A stretch of DNA of 64,000 bases from Bacteroidota bacterium (lineage in GTDB: Bacteria > Bacteroidota > Bacteroidia > Chitinophagales > Chitinophagaceae). The first letter of the stretch is position 1. Every line of letters starts with the position of its first letter. This document shows, piece after piece, positions 28,823 to 38,629 of the stretch. The DNA lies in NCBI GenBank assembly GCA_018268015.1, contig JAFDXJ010000021.1, positions 10,965 through 74,964 on the forward strand. The letters run 5' to 3'. A program made the translations under genes and the position numbers. The notes below the pieces were generated by a model. That model was not told where the DNA came from. It worked only from the letters and a program-made list of their open reading frames with translations, and searched no databases.

Positions 28823-30841
28823 ATGCCAATAAAAAAAACGCTTTTATTTTTTCTATTTTCCGTTTTAGCCACCGGCTTTTGTATGGCTCAGCCATGCACA
28901 AATCTTGGTCAAAACCCCAGCTCAGCTTTCCCGGTTTGTGGAACAAGTGTATTTTCACAAAGCACAGTACCTCTATGCCCTGGACAGACAGTACCCGGAC
29001 CATGCAATGGCGTGGGAGGTTCTACCTTAACAGATATTAACCCTTATTGGTACCGCTTTACTTGTTTCACTTCGGGTTCTCTGGGTTTTGTAATAACGCC
29101 AAATGATTTAAATGACGATTATGACTGGCAACTTTTTGATATCACAGGACGTAATCCAAATGATGTTTATACGGATGCCAGTTTGTTTGTTTCCTGTAAT
29201 TGGTCAGGAAATTCCGGAACTACTGGTGCTTCGGCTGCAGGCATTGGGCTTATAAATTGTGCAGGTTATTCATATCCCACCTTCAGCAGTATGGCCAATA
29301 TCACACAAGGGCATACTTATTTATTACTGATCAGCCACTTTACGAATTCTCAAAGTGGATATGGATTATCCTTTACAGGAGGTACCGCCAGCATTACAGA
29401 TCCTTTACAACCGGATCTTTCCCAAGCAACTTCATCGTGTGATGGTTCAACGATTACAGTGGTTCTGAATAAGCCCATGAAATGTAGTAGCCTTGCAGGC
29501 AATGGTTCTGACTTTAGTTTATCTTCTCCATTGGCTAACATTTCATCCGCCGGTAGTAGCCAATGCGCGAGTGGTTTTGATATGGATACATTGGTATTGA
29601 ATTTATCAAATCCCTTACCTCCCGGTACCTATACGCTTACCATAAAAAATGGAAGTGATGGAAATACCATTGCCGATAATTGTGATAGGGAAATACCTGC
29701 TGGAAATAATATTTCATTCACTGTATTACCTAAACAAAGCACACCACTCGATAGTATAGCTCCGCTCAGTTGTGCGCCAAAAACATTAGACCTTGTTTTT
29801 CAAAAAAATATTCGTTGCAATTCCATTGCTTCCAATGGGTCAGATTTTTTGGTTACGGGTCCCTACCCGGTTACTGTACTCAGTGCAGGAGGAAATTGTG
29901 TCAATGGATTATCTAATATTATTCATTTAAATCTTACAGCACCTATCGTTCACGCCGGCACATATACTATTGAATTAGTTACCGGCTCGGATGGAAATAC
30001 TATCATTGATGAATGTGGCGAAGCGACTCCGGCAGGATCTACTATTTCATTTAGTGTAAAAGATACAGTATCCGCAGCATTCAGTTATCAAATCCTTGAA
30101 GGGTGCAGGTTTGACACCATTTTATTAAACACCTTGTATCCTGCGGGTATCGAAACATGGAATTGGAATTTCGATAATACGATTTATAGTACCCTTCCCA
30201 ACCCACAAAATATTTATTCCAGTTTTGGAAATAAAAATATTCAGTTGATTGTGTCAAATGGTTTTTGTAGCGATACAACTAATCAGGATGTCTTTCTCCC
30301 ACATGATTCGCTGCAAGCTGAGTTCACCGGCCCACTTGTAAATTGTCCAGGGGATCTTGTTTATTTCGTGGATAGCAGTATCGGGAAAATTATTGCATGG
30401 AACTGGACTTTTGGCAATGGCTTTACCAGTACACAGGAATATCCACTGCCACAACAATATCCGCAGTCTCAAACAGAGAAACAATATCCGGTCCAATTAA
30501 TCATTACGAGTGATAAGTATTGTTATGATACGATCATTCATTTCATAAAAGTTGCGCCAAATTGTTATATAGATGTGCCTACCGCTTTTACGCCAAATAA
30601 TGATGGGTTAAATGATTTCTTATATCCGTTAAATGCATATAAAGCAGCCAATCTGGAATTCAAGGTTTTTAACCGGTATGGGCAATTGATTTTTAAAACA
30701 CGTGACTGGACAAGAAAATGGGATGGAAATCTGAATGGTATTCCACAACCCAGTGGTGTATATGTCTGGTATCTTCAATACACCAATACAGACACGGGAG
30801 ATTTTGTGTTTAAGAAAGGTACAACTGTTTTGATCCGGTAA
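28823..30841 (+). CDS. Surface protein with a T9SS type B (gliding motility-associated) C-terminal sorting domain
   Basis: The C-terminus VPTAFTPNNDGLNDFLYP...FKVFNRYGQLIF...WDG matches the type B CTD. It also has a PKD-like segment and two internal ~97-aa repeats. It starts 6 nt after the lactonase gene. Confidence 0.85.
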   Translation: MPIKKTLLFFLFSVLATGFCMAQPCTNLGQNPSSAFPVCGTSVFSQSTVPLCPGQTVPGPCNGVGGSTLTDINPYWYRFTCFTSGSLGFVITPNDLNDDYDWQLFDITGRNPNDVYTDASLFVSCNWSGNSGTTGASAAGIGLINCAGYSYPTFSSMANITQGHTYLLLISHFTNSQSGYGLSFTGGTASITDPLQPDLSQATSSCDGSTITVVLNKPMKCSSLAGNGSDFSLSSPLANISSAGSSQCASGFDMDTLVLNLSNPLPPGTYTLTIKNGSDGNTIADNCDREIPAGNNISFTVLPKQSTPLDSIAPLSCAPKTLDLVFQKNIRCNSIASNGSDFLVTGPYPVTVLSAGGNCVNGLSNIIHLNLTAPIVHAGTYTIELVTGSDGNTIIDECGEATPAGSTISFSVKDTVSAAFSYQILEGCRFDTILLNTLYPAGIETWNWNFDNTIYSTLPNPQNIYSSFGNKNIQLIVSNGFCSDTTNQDVFLPHDSLQAEFTGPLVNCPGDLVYFVDSSIGKIIAWNWTFGNGFTSTQEYPLPQQYPQSQTEKQYPVQLIITSDKYCYDTIIHFIKVAPNCYIDVPTAFTPNNDGLNDFLYPLNAYKAANLEFKVFNRYGQLIFKTRDWTRKWDGNLNGIPQPSGVYVWYLQYTNTDTGDFVFKKGTTVLIR

Positions 30842-30867
30842 TTTTTCAAAGCTGAAATTTTTAATTT

Positions 30868-32232
30868 ATGCAAGTCTTTAAATCCATATTTCCTTATACA
30901 CAGGAAATCATGGCGGAATACCCGCTCATGAGTAAGCAACAAATTGAACTTGCAAAAATAAATGCGGTAAATGCTTTTAAGCAATGGAAAGAAAAAACCT
31001 TCTCTGAAAGAGCATTCATTTTAAACAATGCCGCAAAAATATTATTGGAAAATAAAGCGGAATATGCATCCCTCATTACACATGAAATGGGTAAAGTTCT
31101 TCCCGAAGCAGTAGCTGAAGTAGAAAAATGTGCACTGGTTTGCAACTATTATGCAGATTATGCAGAATCATTTCTCGGCAATGAAAATGTGGATGGTGCA
31201 CAAAGCAAATCTTTTATTGAATATGATCCCATTGGCGCTGTGTTTGGCATTATGCCATGGAATTATCCTTTCTGGCAGGTGTTTCGTTTTGCAGCTCCCA
31301 CTTTAATGGCGGGGAATGTTGTTCTCTTAAAACATGCACCCACCGTAATGGGATGTGCTATAGCAATAGAAAATATTTTTGAAAAAGCTGGTAGCCATAA
31401 AGGTGTATTCCAGAGTTTAATAATAGACACCGATGAAGTAGAGAATGTACTTCGTGCAGATATTGTACAGGCGGTCACACTCACAGGTAGTAACAAAGCA
31501 GGAAGCTCATTTGCATCCCTTGCCGGAAAATATATCAAAAAATCTGTTTTGGAATTAGGAGGTAGTGATGCATGTATTATTTTAAAAGATGCCTCTCTTC
31601 AGGATGCAGCAAAAGTAGCCGTGCAAAGCAGGATGCAGAACGCCGGGCAAAGTTGTATTGCTGCCAAAAGGTTTATTGTAGAAAAAAATGTTCATGATGA
31701 ATTTGTTCAGGAAATATTAACCCTCATTTCTTCTATAAATCAAGGCAACCCACTTCTACCAAATATTCAAATGGGGCCAATGGCACGTATTGATCTTGCA
31801 GAAAAACTGGAACAACAAATGAAACTTTCCATTCAACAGGGAGCACATCTGATCACCGGAGGCCAAAGAATAAATTGCAACTTTACACCGGGAATTTTGT
31901 TAAATGTACAAAGAGAAATGCCTGCCTTTTCAGAAGAAATATTTGGTCCCCTGGCATCCATCATCACTGTAAAAGATGCAGATGAAGCCATTACCGTTGC
32001 CAATCAATCAAGATATGGCTTAGGCGCCAGTATTTGGACGAAAGACCTGGAACTGGGCAAGTTGTATGCAAAAAGAATACAATCCGGGTCCGTATTCATT
32101 AATTCTTTAGTGAAAAGCGATCCGGCATTACCTTTTGGTGGAATAAAAGAATCCGGCTATGGGCGGGAACTGGGGAAGTGGGGTATTCATGAATTTGTAA
32201 ACACCAAAACAATCGTTATAAATCATAGCTGA
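30868..32232 (+). CDS. NAD(P)-dependent aldehyde dehydrogenase (succinate-semialdehyde dehydrogenase-like)
   Basis: ALDH motifs ELGGSDA and catalytic Cys in GQSCIAAKRF, plus EEIFGP and PFGGIKESG. Confidence 0.85.
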   Translation: MQVFKSIFPYTQEIMAEYPLMSKQQIELAKINAVNAFKQWKEKTFSERAFILNNAAKILLENKAEYASLITHEMGKVLPEAVAEVEKCALVCNYYADYAESFLGNENVDGAQSKSFIEYDPIGAVFGIMPWNYPFWQVFRFAAPTLMAGNVVLLKHAPTVMGCAIAIENIFEKAGSHKGVFQSLIIDTDEVENVLRADIVQAVTLTGSNKAGSSFASLAGKYIKKSVLELGGSDACIILKDASLQDAAKVAVQSRMQNAGQSCIAAKRFIVEKNVHDEFVQEILTLISSINQGNPLLPNIQMGPMARIDLAEKLEQQMKLSIQQGAHLITGGQRINCNFTPGILLNVQREMPAFSEEIFGPLASIITVKDADEAITVANQSRYGLGASIWTKDLELGKLYAKRIQSGSVFINSLVKSDPALPFGGIKESGYGRELGKWGIHEFVNTKTIVINHS

Positions 32233-32276
32233 TATTTTATAACTAATTAATCTCATTTGAAGTAGAAAATCAAATT

Positions 32277-32284
32277 TACATTTG
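32277..32284 (+). promoter_or_regulatory. -7 box TACATTTG upstream of the class D beta-lactamase gene
   Basis: Exact TAnnTTTG match, 17 nt before the ATG at 32301. Confidence 0.45.
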
Positions 32285-32300
32285 CAAAAAAGTTCAATTC

Positions 32301-33113
32301 ATGAAATTATTCCCAATTCTATTGATCTTCCTTGCATTAAATAGTTGTGCTCCGAATAATGTAAAAACAGATGATAGCCTTCAAAAGTTTTTTGACGAAA
32401 ATCATGTTACCGGATGTTTTGGAATTTATAATAATGCACAAGATCAATTTACCATTTATAATCTTTCCCGCTTCAAGGATTCGACTTATCTGCCGGCTTC
32501 AACATTTAAAATTATTAATTCTCTCATAGGACTGCAAACAGGTATTATCACAAATGAAAAAATGGTTATTCCCTGGGATGGCATTACGCGGCCAATAGCC
32601 GATTGGAATAAAGACCTTACTATGGAAGAAGCCTTTAAAGTTTCTGCAGTACCTTATTACCAGGAAGTTGCCAGGCGGATAGGAAAAGATACCATGCAAC
32701 ACTGGCTGGATTCAATCGGGTATGCAAGACGATATGATACACCCAGGATCACCAATAATATAGATACGTTTTGGCTGGATAATAGTTTTAAAGTGACTCC
32801 TGATGAAGAAATGGGTATTGTAAAAAATCTATACTTTGATAAATTACCCTTTCAAAAAAGAGTACAGGATATTGTAAAAAAAGTGATGTTACAGGAAGAA
32901 AATGCAAACTATAAATTGAGCTATAAAACCGGGATGGGATATACAAATGGGAAATATATCGGATGGATAACGGGATGGATTGAAGAGAATCAACATCCCT
33001 ATTTTTTTGTATTAAATACCGAAGGAACTTCTTCCAAAGAAGTTGCCGATACAAGAAAGACCATACTTATGGGTATATTAAAACAACTGGGTTTCCTGGA
33101 AGGAAGAAAATAA
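32301..33113 (+). CDS. Class D (OXA-type) beta-lactamase, lipoprotein
   Basis: S67-T-F-K70 (nt 32499-32510), S115-A-V117, FWLD, and K209-T-G211 are all at canonical class D spacing. Lipobox-like LALNSC in the leader. Confidence 0.88.
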   Translation: MKLFPILLIFLALNSCAPNNVKTDDSLQKFFDENHVTGCFGIYNNAQDQFTIYNLSRFKDSTYLPASTFKIINSLIGLQTGIITNEKMVIPWDGITRPIADWNKDLTMEEAFKVSAVPYYQEVARRIGKDTMQHWLDSIGYARRYDTPRITNNIDTFWLDNSFKVTPDEEMGIVKNLYFDKLPFQKRVQDIVKKVMLQEENANYKLSYKTGMGYTNGKYIGWITGWIEENQHPYFFVLNTEGTSSKEVADTRKTILMGILKQLGFLEGRK

Positions 33114-33171
33114 CAGCAGAAAGTAAACTATTTTAATTTCAACATTTTTCCTGCAAAACCTGGCTTCATTT

Positions 33172-34194
33172 ATGCTTTATATACAATCATCAATGATCCA
33201 TTACGAACATATAGAATTTGCCTGGCTTTTTTTAATCATTCCTTTTGTTGTTTTTCTTTTTTTTAGAGATAAAGCCTATAAAGCAAGGGTTAAAAAAACT
33301 TTAGGCGACCCGCATTTCATAGACTTGCTTACAAAAAATTATTCTTCAAGGAATCACCAGCTCCGATTTATTTTTTTTATTGTCGCATGTGCACTGATTA
33401 TCATAGCAGCCATCAATCCTCAATTGCCCGAGAAGTCCACGGGGGAAAAAATGTCCGGCATTGATGTGATGATCGCACTGGATGTAAGCAACAGTATGCT
33501 TAGTAATGATGTAAAACCAAGTCGCCTGGAGCGAGCAAAACAATTGGCTAATTTATTATCCCAGGAGCTTGATAATAATCGTGTAGGTCTGGTCGTATTT
33601 GCCGGGCAAGCTATATTGCAAATGCCTTTGACTCCGGATATTGTTCAGGCAAAAATGTATATTTCAAACGCATCCGTAAACGATATCCCGGTTCAGGGAA
33701 CTGACTTTTCTGATGCCCTGCTTGTGAGTGATAAAGCAATGGATACCAAAGAAAAAAAGTATAAAGCGATGGTTCTGATTTCAGATGGGGAGGATCATGA
33801 AAACAATGCAGTAAACATGGCAAAAAAACTAAACGATGAAGGGGTAATTATTTATACTGTAGGCATAGGTACTGCAGCAGGGTCTCCCATTCTTGACCCG
33901 GTGACCAATAATTTTAAAACAGATGAAAATGGGGAAACTGTCATTACTAAATTAGATGCTACTTCTCTGCAACAAATAGCCCAGCTAACAAATGGGCAAT
34001 ATCTTCATCTTGATGATCCTGTGGCTGATGCAAATCAAATTGCTGCTGAGCTCAATAAATTAGAAAAAAAAGAATTCGTTTCAAATAATGGATATAAAAT
34101 TTATTTTGCCTTATATCCATTTTTCTTGGCGCCAGCTTTAGTATTGTTGATATTTAGCTTGCTGATCCCGGAAACTAAAAAAGTGGCTTTATGA
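33172..34194 (+). CDS. VWA domain membrane protein (BatA/BatB-like)
   Basis: N-terminal TM helices, MIDAS motif DVMIALDVSNSM, and a C-terminal TM helix. The start could also be the ATG at 33193. Confidence 0.8.
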   Translation: MLYIQSSMIHYEHIEFAWLFLIIPFVVFLFFRDKAYKARVKKTLGDPHFIDLLTKNYSSRNHQLRFIFFIVACALIIIAAINPQLPEKSTGEKMSGIDVMIALDVSNSMLSNDVKPSRLERAKQLANLLSQELDNNRVGLVVFAGQAILQMPLTPDIVQAKMYISNASVNDIPVQGTDFSDALLVSDKAMDTKEKKYKAMVLISDGEDHENNAVNMAKKLNDEGVIIYTVGIGTAAGSPILDPVTNNFKTDENGETVITKLDATSLQQIAQLTNGQYLHLDDPVADANQIAAELNKLEKKEFVSNNGYKIYFALYPFFLAPALVLLIFSLLIPETKKVAL

Positions 34195-34793
34195 AATTAT
34201 TGATGTTATTTTTTTCAGCTATTTTATTTGACTGTCCATTACAGGCTCAGCAAGCCAATGAATTGATACAGCAGGGTAATTCAGCTTATAAAAAAGCAGA
34301 TTATGCAACCGCTTCAGATGCGTATAGTAAAGCATTAAAAATAGATCCTAATAACCTGGTTGGGCAGTTTAATCTGGCTAATTCTTTATACAAACAGCTT
34401 CAATTTGAAAATGCAACTACAAATTATTTAAACCTTATAAAAAGTACGCCAGATCCTTCCATCCTGTCCAAAGCCTGGTATAATTTGGGTAATAGTTTTA
34501 TAAAGCAAAAAAAAATCCAGGATGCGATCAATGCTTACCGGCAAAGCCTTTTAATAAATCCTTCCGATAATGATACAAGAGAAAATCTGCAAAAAGCCAT
34601 GAGTGAGAAGCAAAATCAAAACAAAAACAATCAGTCAAACAAAGAAGCGCCCAAAAATCCTAAACAGCCAAAAAATACAATCAATCAGGCGCTTGCAGAA
34701 CAATTTATGCAGCAACTTCGGGATCAGGAGAAACAACTACAAAAACAACTGCAACAAAAACCTCCTTCGGAACAAAAAGGAAAAGACTGGTAA
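34191..34793 (+). CDS. TPR repeat protein with a Q/K/N-rich tail (BatC-like)
   Basis: Signal peptide, TPR repeats (AYSKALKIDPNN, AYRQSLLINPSD), and a low-complexity C-terminus. ATGA start/stop overlap with the VWA gene. Confidence 0.7.
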   Translation: MKLLMLFFSAILFDCPLQAQQANELIQQGNSAYKKADYATASDAYSKALKIDPNNLVGQFNLANSLYKQLQFENATTNYLNLIKSTPDPSILSKAWYNLGNSFIKQKKIQDAINAYRQSLLINPSDNDTRENLQKAMSEKQNQNKNNQSNKEAPKNPKQPKNTINQALAEQFMQQLRDQEKQLQKQLQQKPPSEQKGKDW

Positions 34794-34836
34794 TAATTGC
34801 TAATACTTCTTGTTTCCATGTCTTTTTCAACTCCAT

Positions 34837-34844
34837 TATCTTTG
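34837..34844 (+). promoter_or_regulatory. -7 box TATCTTTG upstream of ispG
   Basis: Exact TAnnTTTG match, 25 nt before the ATG at 34869. Confidence 0.45.
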
Positions 34845-34868
34845 CCATTCTGAAAGAATATCAATTTT

Positions 34869-36860
34869 ATGCAACTATATGCTGAATCACTATTAAGTTA
34901 TCGAAGATTAAAGACCAGACAGGTAAATGTGGGAGGTCTTATGATTGGCAGTGACAACCCAATCCGCGTGCAAACGATGACGACTACAGATACGATGAAT
35001 ACAGAGGCCACAGTAGCACAAACCATACGTTGTATTGAAGCCGGTGCAGAGTTGGTACGTATTACAGCTCCCAGTAAAAAAGAAGCGGAGAACCTGGCCA
35101 ATATCAAAAAAGAACTCAGAAAGAGAGGCTATCAAACCCCCTTGGTGGCCGATATCCATTTTACCCCCAATGCTGCAGAAATTGCAGCACAGATCATAGA
35201 AAAAGTACGCATCAATCCGGGTAATTACATTGATAAAAAGAAATTTCAAACCATTGAATATTCGGATAAAGATTATGCCGAAGAAATAGAACGAATCAGT
35301 GAAAGGTTTTCACCCCTTGTGAAGATTTGTAAAGAACATGGAACGGCCATGCGTATCGGTACAAATCATGGATCTCTCAGCGATCGTATCATGAGCCGTT
35401 ATGGTGATACACCCATGGGCATGGTAGAAAGTGCCATGGAGTTTTTACGTGTGGCACGGTATGAGCATTTTTATAATATTATATTGAGTATGAAAAGCAG
35501 TAATCCACTGGTGATGGTGCAGGCTTACCGCTTACTCATACAGCAGATGGATGCAGAATTTGGAGAAATATATCCTTTACACCTTGGTGTTACGGAAGCG
35601 GGAGATGGAGAAGATGGTCGTATTAAAAGCGCAGTGGGCATTGGTAGTTTGCTGGAAGACGGTATTGGTGATACCATCCGTGTCAGCCTTACTGAAGATC
35701 CTGAATTTGAAATTCCTGTATGTAAAAATTTAATAAACAGGTATACATCTCCTGAAAATATACCGGAGAGTTCTCCCCTGCCGCATATTGAAAAGATTCC
35801 TTATTCACCTTTTGCATATAAGCGAAGAGCTACATTTGAAGTGGCAAACATAGGCGCTAACCATGTACCCGTGGTTATTGCAGACTTTAGTAAAATAGAT
35901 AAAATAAACAGAGAAACATTATTACTCGCGGGGTATAGTTATATTCCTTCAAAAGTGAGTGCAGGTAAATGGAATACATCTGATTCCTCACCGGATTATA
36001 TCTTTACCGGTAGTCAGCCGGTTGAATTTGATGTACCCGGCATCTTAAAAATCATACTCCATCATGCTGCCTGGCTACTCAATAAAAAGGATCCTAAATA
36101 TGTTCCTCTATTACATATCAATGAATATCTCGATGATCAATTAGAGAAATCTGCACAACAGAATTTTGTAATGATTGATTGTTATTCAGAAAACTTTGAT
36201 AGTAATCTTACTCAAAAAGCTTTAGCCAAAAGCAAAACAGATCATACGGCCATTTTGTGTTTAAGCTCCACTAACAAAAACGCCATGCAAAGTGTCAGGC
36301 GAATGTTCATGGAACTACAAATACAGGATGTGAAAAACCCGGTAATATTAATTTGTGATAGTTCACATGAAACGCTTGATGAAGCTCTTATTCATTATGC
36401 CGTTGAAACGGGTGCTTTATTTTTAGAAGGATTTGGAGATGGTATTTCACTTGGATATTTATTTGACAAAGAGAAATCTGCATCGGAAATAAAATTACTC
36501 AATTCAATTTCATTCGGCATATTACAGGCCACGCGTACAAGGATTTCAAAAACAGAATATATTTCATGTCCCAGTTGTGGACGAACTTTATTTGATTTAC
36601 AGGAAACAACAGCCATGATCCGGGCAAAAACCAATCACCTGAAAGGCGTTAAAATTGCTATTATGGGATGTATTGTCAATGGCCCGGGCGAAATGGCTGA
36701 TGCAGATTTCGGTTATGTGGGTAGTGGGGTTGGTAAAATCACATTGTATAAAGGCAAGGAAGTGGTCAAACGCCAGATTGATGCTGCCGTGGCAGTAGAT
36801 GAACTGATCAATCTTTTAAAAGAAAATAATGCATGGGTAGATGTGGAAGATGTAAAATAA
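34869..36860 (+). CDS. ispG: 4-hydroxy-3-methylbut-2-en-1-yl diphosphate synthase, long form with an inserted domain
   Basis: N-terminal TIM-barrel motifs (IRVQTMT, RITAP). The C-terminal 4Fe-4S domain has CPSCGRT and GCIVNGPGE. The 663-aa length implies an insert domain. Confidence 0.93.
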   Translation: MQLYAESLLSYRRLKTRQVNVGGLMIGSDNPIRVQTMTTTDTMNTEATVAQTIRCIEAGAELVRITAPSKKEAENLANIKKELRKRGYQTPLVADIHFTPNAAEIAAQIIEKVRINPGNYIDKKKFQTIEYSDKDYAEEIERISERFSPLVKICKEHGTAMRIGTNHGSLSDRIMSRYGDTPMGMVESAMEFLRVARYEHFYNIILSMKSSNPLVMVQAYRLLIQQMDAEFGEIYPLHLGVTEAGDGEDGRIKSAVGIGSLLEDGIGDTIRVSLTEDPEFEIPVCKNLINRYTSPENIPESSPLPHIEKIPYSPFAYKRRATFEVANIGANHVPVVIADFSKIDKINRETLLLAGYSYIPSKVSAGKWNTSDSSPDYIFTGSQPVEFDVPGILKIILHHAAWLLNKKDPKYVPLLHINEYLDDQLEKSAQQNFVMIDCYSENFDSNLTQKALAKSKTDHTAILCLSSTNKNAMQSVRRMFMELQIQDVKNPVILICDSSHETLDEALIHYAVETGALFLEGFGDGISLGYLFDKEKSASEIKLLNSISFGILQATRTRISKTEYISCPSCGRTLFDLQETTAMIRAKTNHLKGVKIAIMGCIVNGPGEMADADFGYVGSGVGKITLYKGKEVVKRQIDAAVAVDELINLLKENNAWVDVEDVK

Positions 36861-36918
36861 GTGGATCTCATCATCCCAAAACATCACCTTTTTTCAGGCT
36901 TTTCAATAAAACAAGCAA

Positions 36919-38532
36919 ATGAAAACAGATTTTTTAGTCATAGGATCCGGAATTGCAGGTCTTACTTATGCCATTAAAACAGCCAAAAAATATCCGGAAA
37001 AAAAAATTATTGTTATTACAAAAGCAAATGTAGAAGAGACTAATACAAAATATGCGCAGGGAGGGATTGCAGGCGTTTGGAATGACTCTGATAGTTTTGA
37101 AAAACATATTGATGATACAATCATTGCAGGAGATCACCTCAGCAATCCGGAGATTGTGGATATTGTTGTTAGGGAAGGCGTAGAAAGAATTAAAGAAATT
37201 ATTGCCTATGGTGCAGATTTCGATAAGGATGAAAATGGGAATTATGCACTTGGGCGTGAAGGCGGACACAGTGAATTTCGCATTCTTCACCATAAAGATG
37301 TTACAGGGAATGAAATTGAAAGAGCACTACTTTCTCAGGCAGAAAAACACCAAAATATTGAGTTGATCAACCATTGTTTTGTCGTGGACCTGATCACACA
37401 GCATCATCTTGGTTTTTTAGTGACAAAATCCACCACAGACATTACTTGCCTGGGCATATATGCTCTTAATCTTCACACAAATCAAATAGAAAAAATCATT
37501 TCTGGTATAACTATTTTGGCGACAGGTGGTTGTGGCCAAGCATACAGAGCCACTACAAATCCACTTATTGCCACAGGGGATGGCGTAGCTATGGTATATC
37601 GTGCAAAAGGCAAAATTGAAAATATGGAATTTATTCAATTTCATCCTACTGCCTTGTATGAACCTGGAGTATCTCCTTCCTTTTTGATTACAGAGGCAGT
37701 CCGTGGTGAAGGTGCTGTCTTGAGGAATCATGCGGGCATTGCATTTATGGAGAAATATGATGAGCGCAAAGATCTTGCCCCTCGTGATATTGTTGCCAGA
37801 GCTATTGACAGTGAAATGAAGAAAGCAGGAACTGAATTTGTTTACCTGGATTGCCGTCACTTAGATAAAGAAAAATTTTTACACCATTTCCCCAATATTT
37901 ATGCAAAATGTATGGATATCGGTATTGATCTTTTTAAAAATTTAATTCCGGTGGCCCCTGCAGCACATTATTCTTGTGGAGGAGTAAAAACAGATTCATG
38001 GGCACAATCTTCCATCCTTAATCTTTATGCATGTGGAGAGTGTGCCAGCACAGGTTTGCATGGAGCCAACCGGCTTGCAAGCAATAGCTTATTGGAAGCA
38101 TTGGTATTTGCGCATAGAGCCTTTTTACATACGGTTCAATTGATAGATAATGATCAGCTTAATCAGCACCCTTTATATGACTCAAGTCTGGTACCGGACT
38201 GGAATGCCAGTGGAACTACAGACCCCAAAGAGATGATTCTTATAACACAAAGTATGAAAGAACTAAAACAGGTAATGAGTGATTATGTCGGTATTGTACG
38301 TACTGATGTACGGCTTCTGCGAGCAATGCATCGCCTCGATCTTTTATTTTCAGAAACGGAAGATTTGTATAAGTCCTCAACGGTATCTCCACAACTTTGT
38401 GAATTAAGAAATCTTATCACAATTGGATATTTAATAACGAAAGGCGCACAATTTAGAAAAGAAAGCCGTGGCCTTCACTTCAATACGGACCATCCAGGGA
38501 AATCTACTGTATTACAAAACATTATATTATAA
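36919..38532 (+). CDS. nadB: L-aspartate oxidase
   Basis: FAD motif DFLVIGSGIAGL, plus HYSCGG and RLASNSLLE. Confidence 0.93.
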   Translation: MKTDFLVIGSGIAGLTYAIKTAKKYPEKKIIVITKANVEETNTKYAQGGIAGVWNDSDSFEKHIDDTIIAGDHLSNPEIVDIVVREGVERIKEIIAYGADFDKDENGNYALGREGGHSEFRILHHKDVTGNEIERALLSQAEKHQNIELINHCFVVDLITQHHLGFLVTKSTTDITCLGIYALNLHTNQIEKIISGITILATGGCGQAYRATTNPLIATGDGVAMVYRAKGKIENMEFIQFHPTALYEPGVSPSFLITEAVRGEGAVLRNHAGIAFMEKYDERKDLAPRDIVARAIDSEMKKAGTEFVYLDCRHLDKEKFLHHFPNIYAKCMDIGIDLFKNLIPVAPAAHYSCGGVKTDSWAQSSILNLYACGECASTGLHGANRLASNSLLEALVFAHRAFLHTVQLIDNDQLNQHPLYDSSLVPDWNASGTTDPKEMILITQSMKELKQVMSDYVGIVRTDVRLLRAMHRLDLLFSETEDLYKSSTVSPQLCELRNLITIGYLITKGAQFRKESRGLHFNTDHPGKSTVLQNIIL

Positions 38533-38600
38533 TTCAAGAGCCTCTTTTCATCTAAAAACAACTGCCTTTAGAGTTTTTTTATCTACGGGAATTAAGAAGT

Positions 38601-38608
38601 TATATTTG
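38601..38608 (+). promoter_or_regulatory. -7 box TATATTTG upstream of the lipid A acyltransferase gene
   Basis: Exact TAnnTTTG match, 22 nt before ATG 38630. This supports the shorter start. Confidence 0.45.
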
Positions 38609-38629
38609 CCCTTAGAATTTAATGATGGC

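Noticed and set aside
38468-38629. N-terminal extension of the LpxL-like ORF that overlaps the end of nadB.
   Set aside because: The extension overlaps nadB by 65 nt and reads as non-protein-like sequence. An exact -7 box at 38601-38608 and the membrane-anchor sequence starting at ATG 38630 support the shorter gene.
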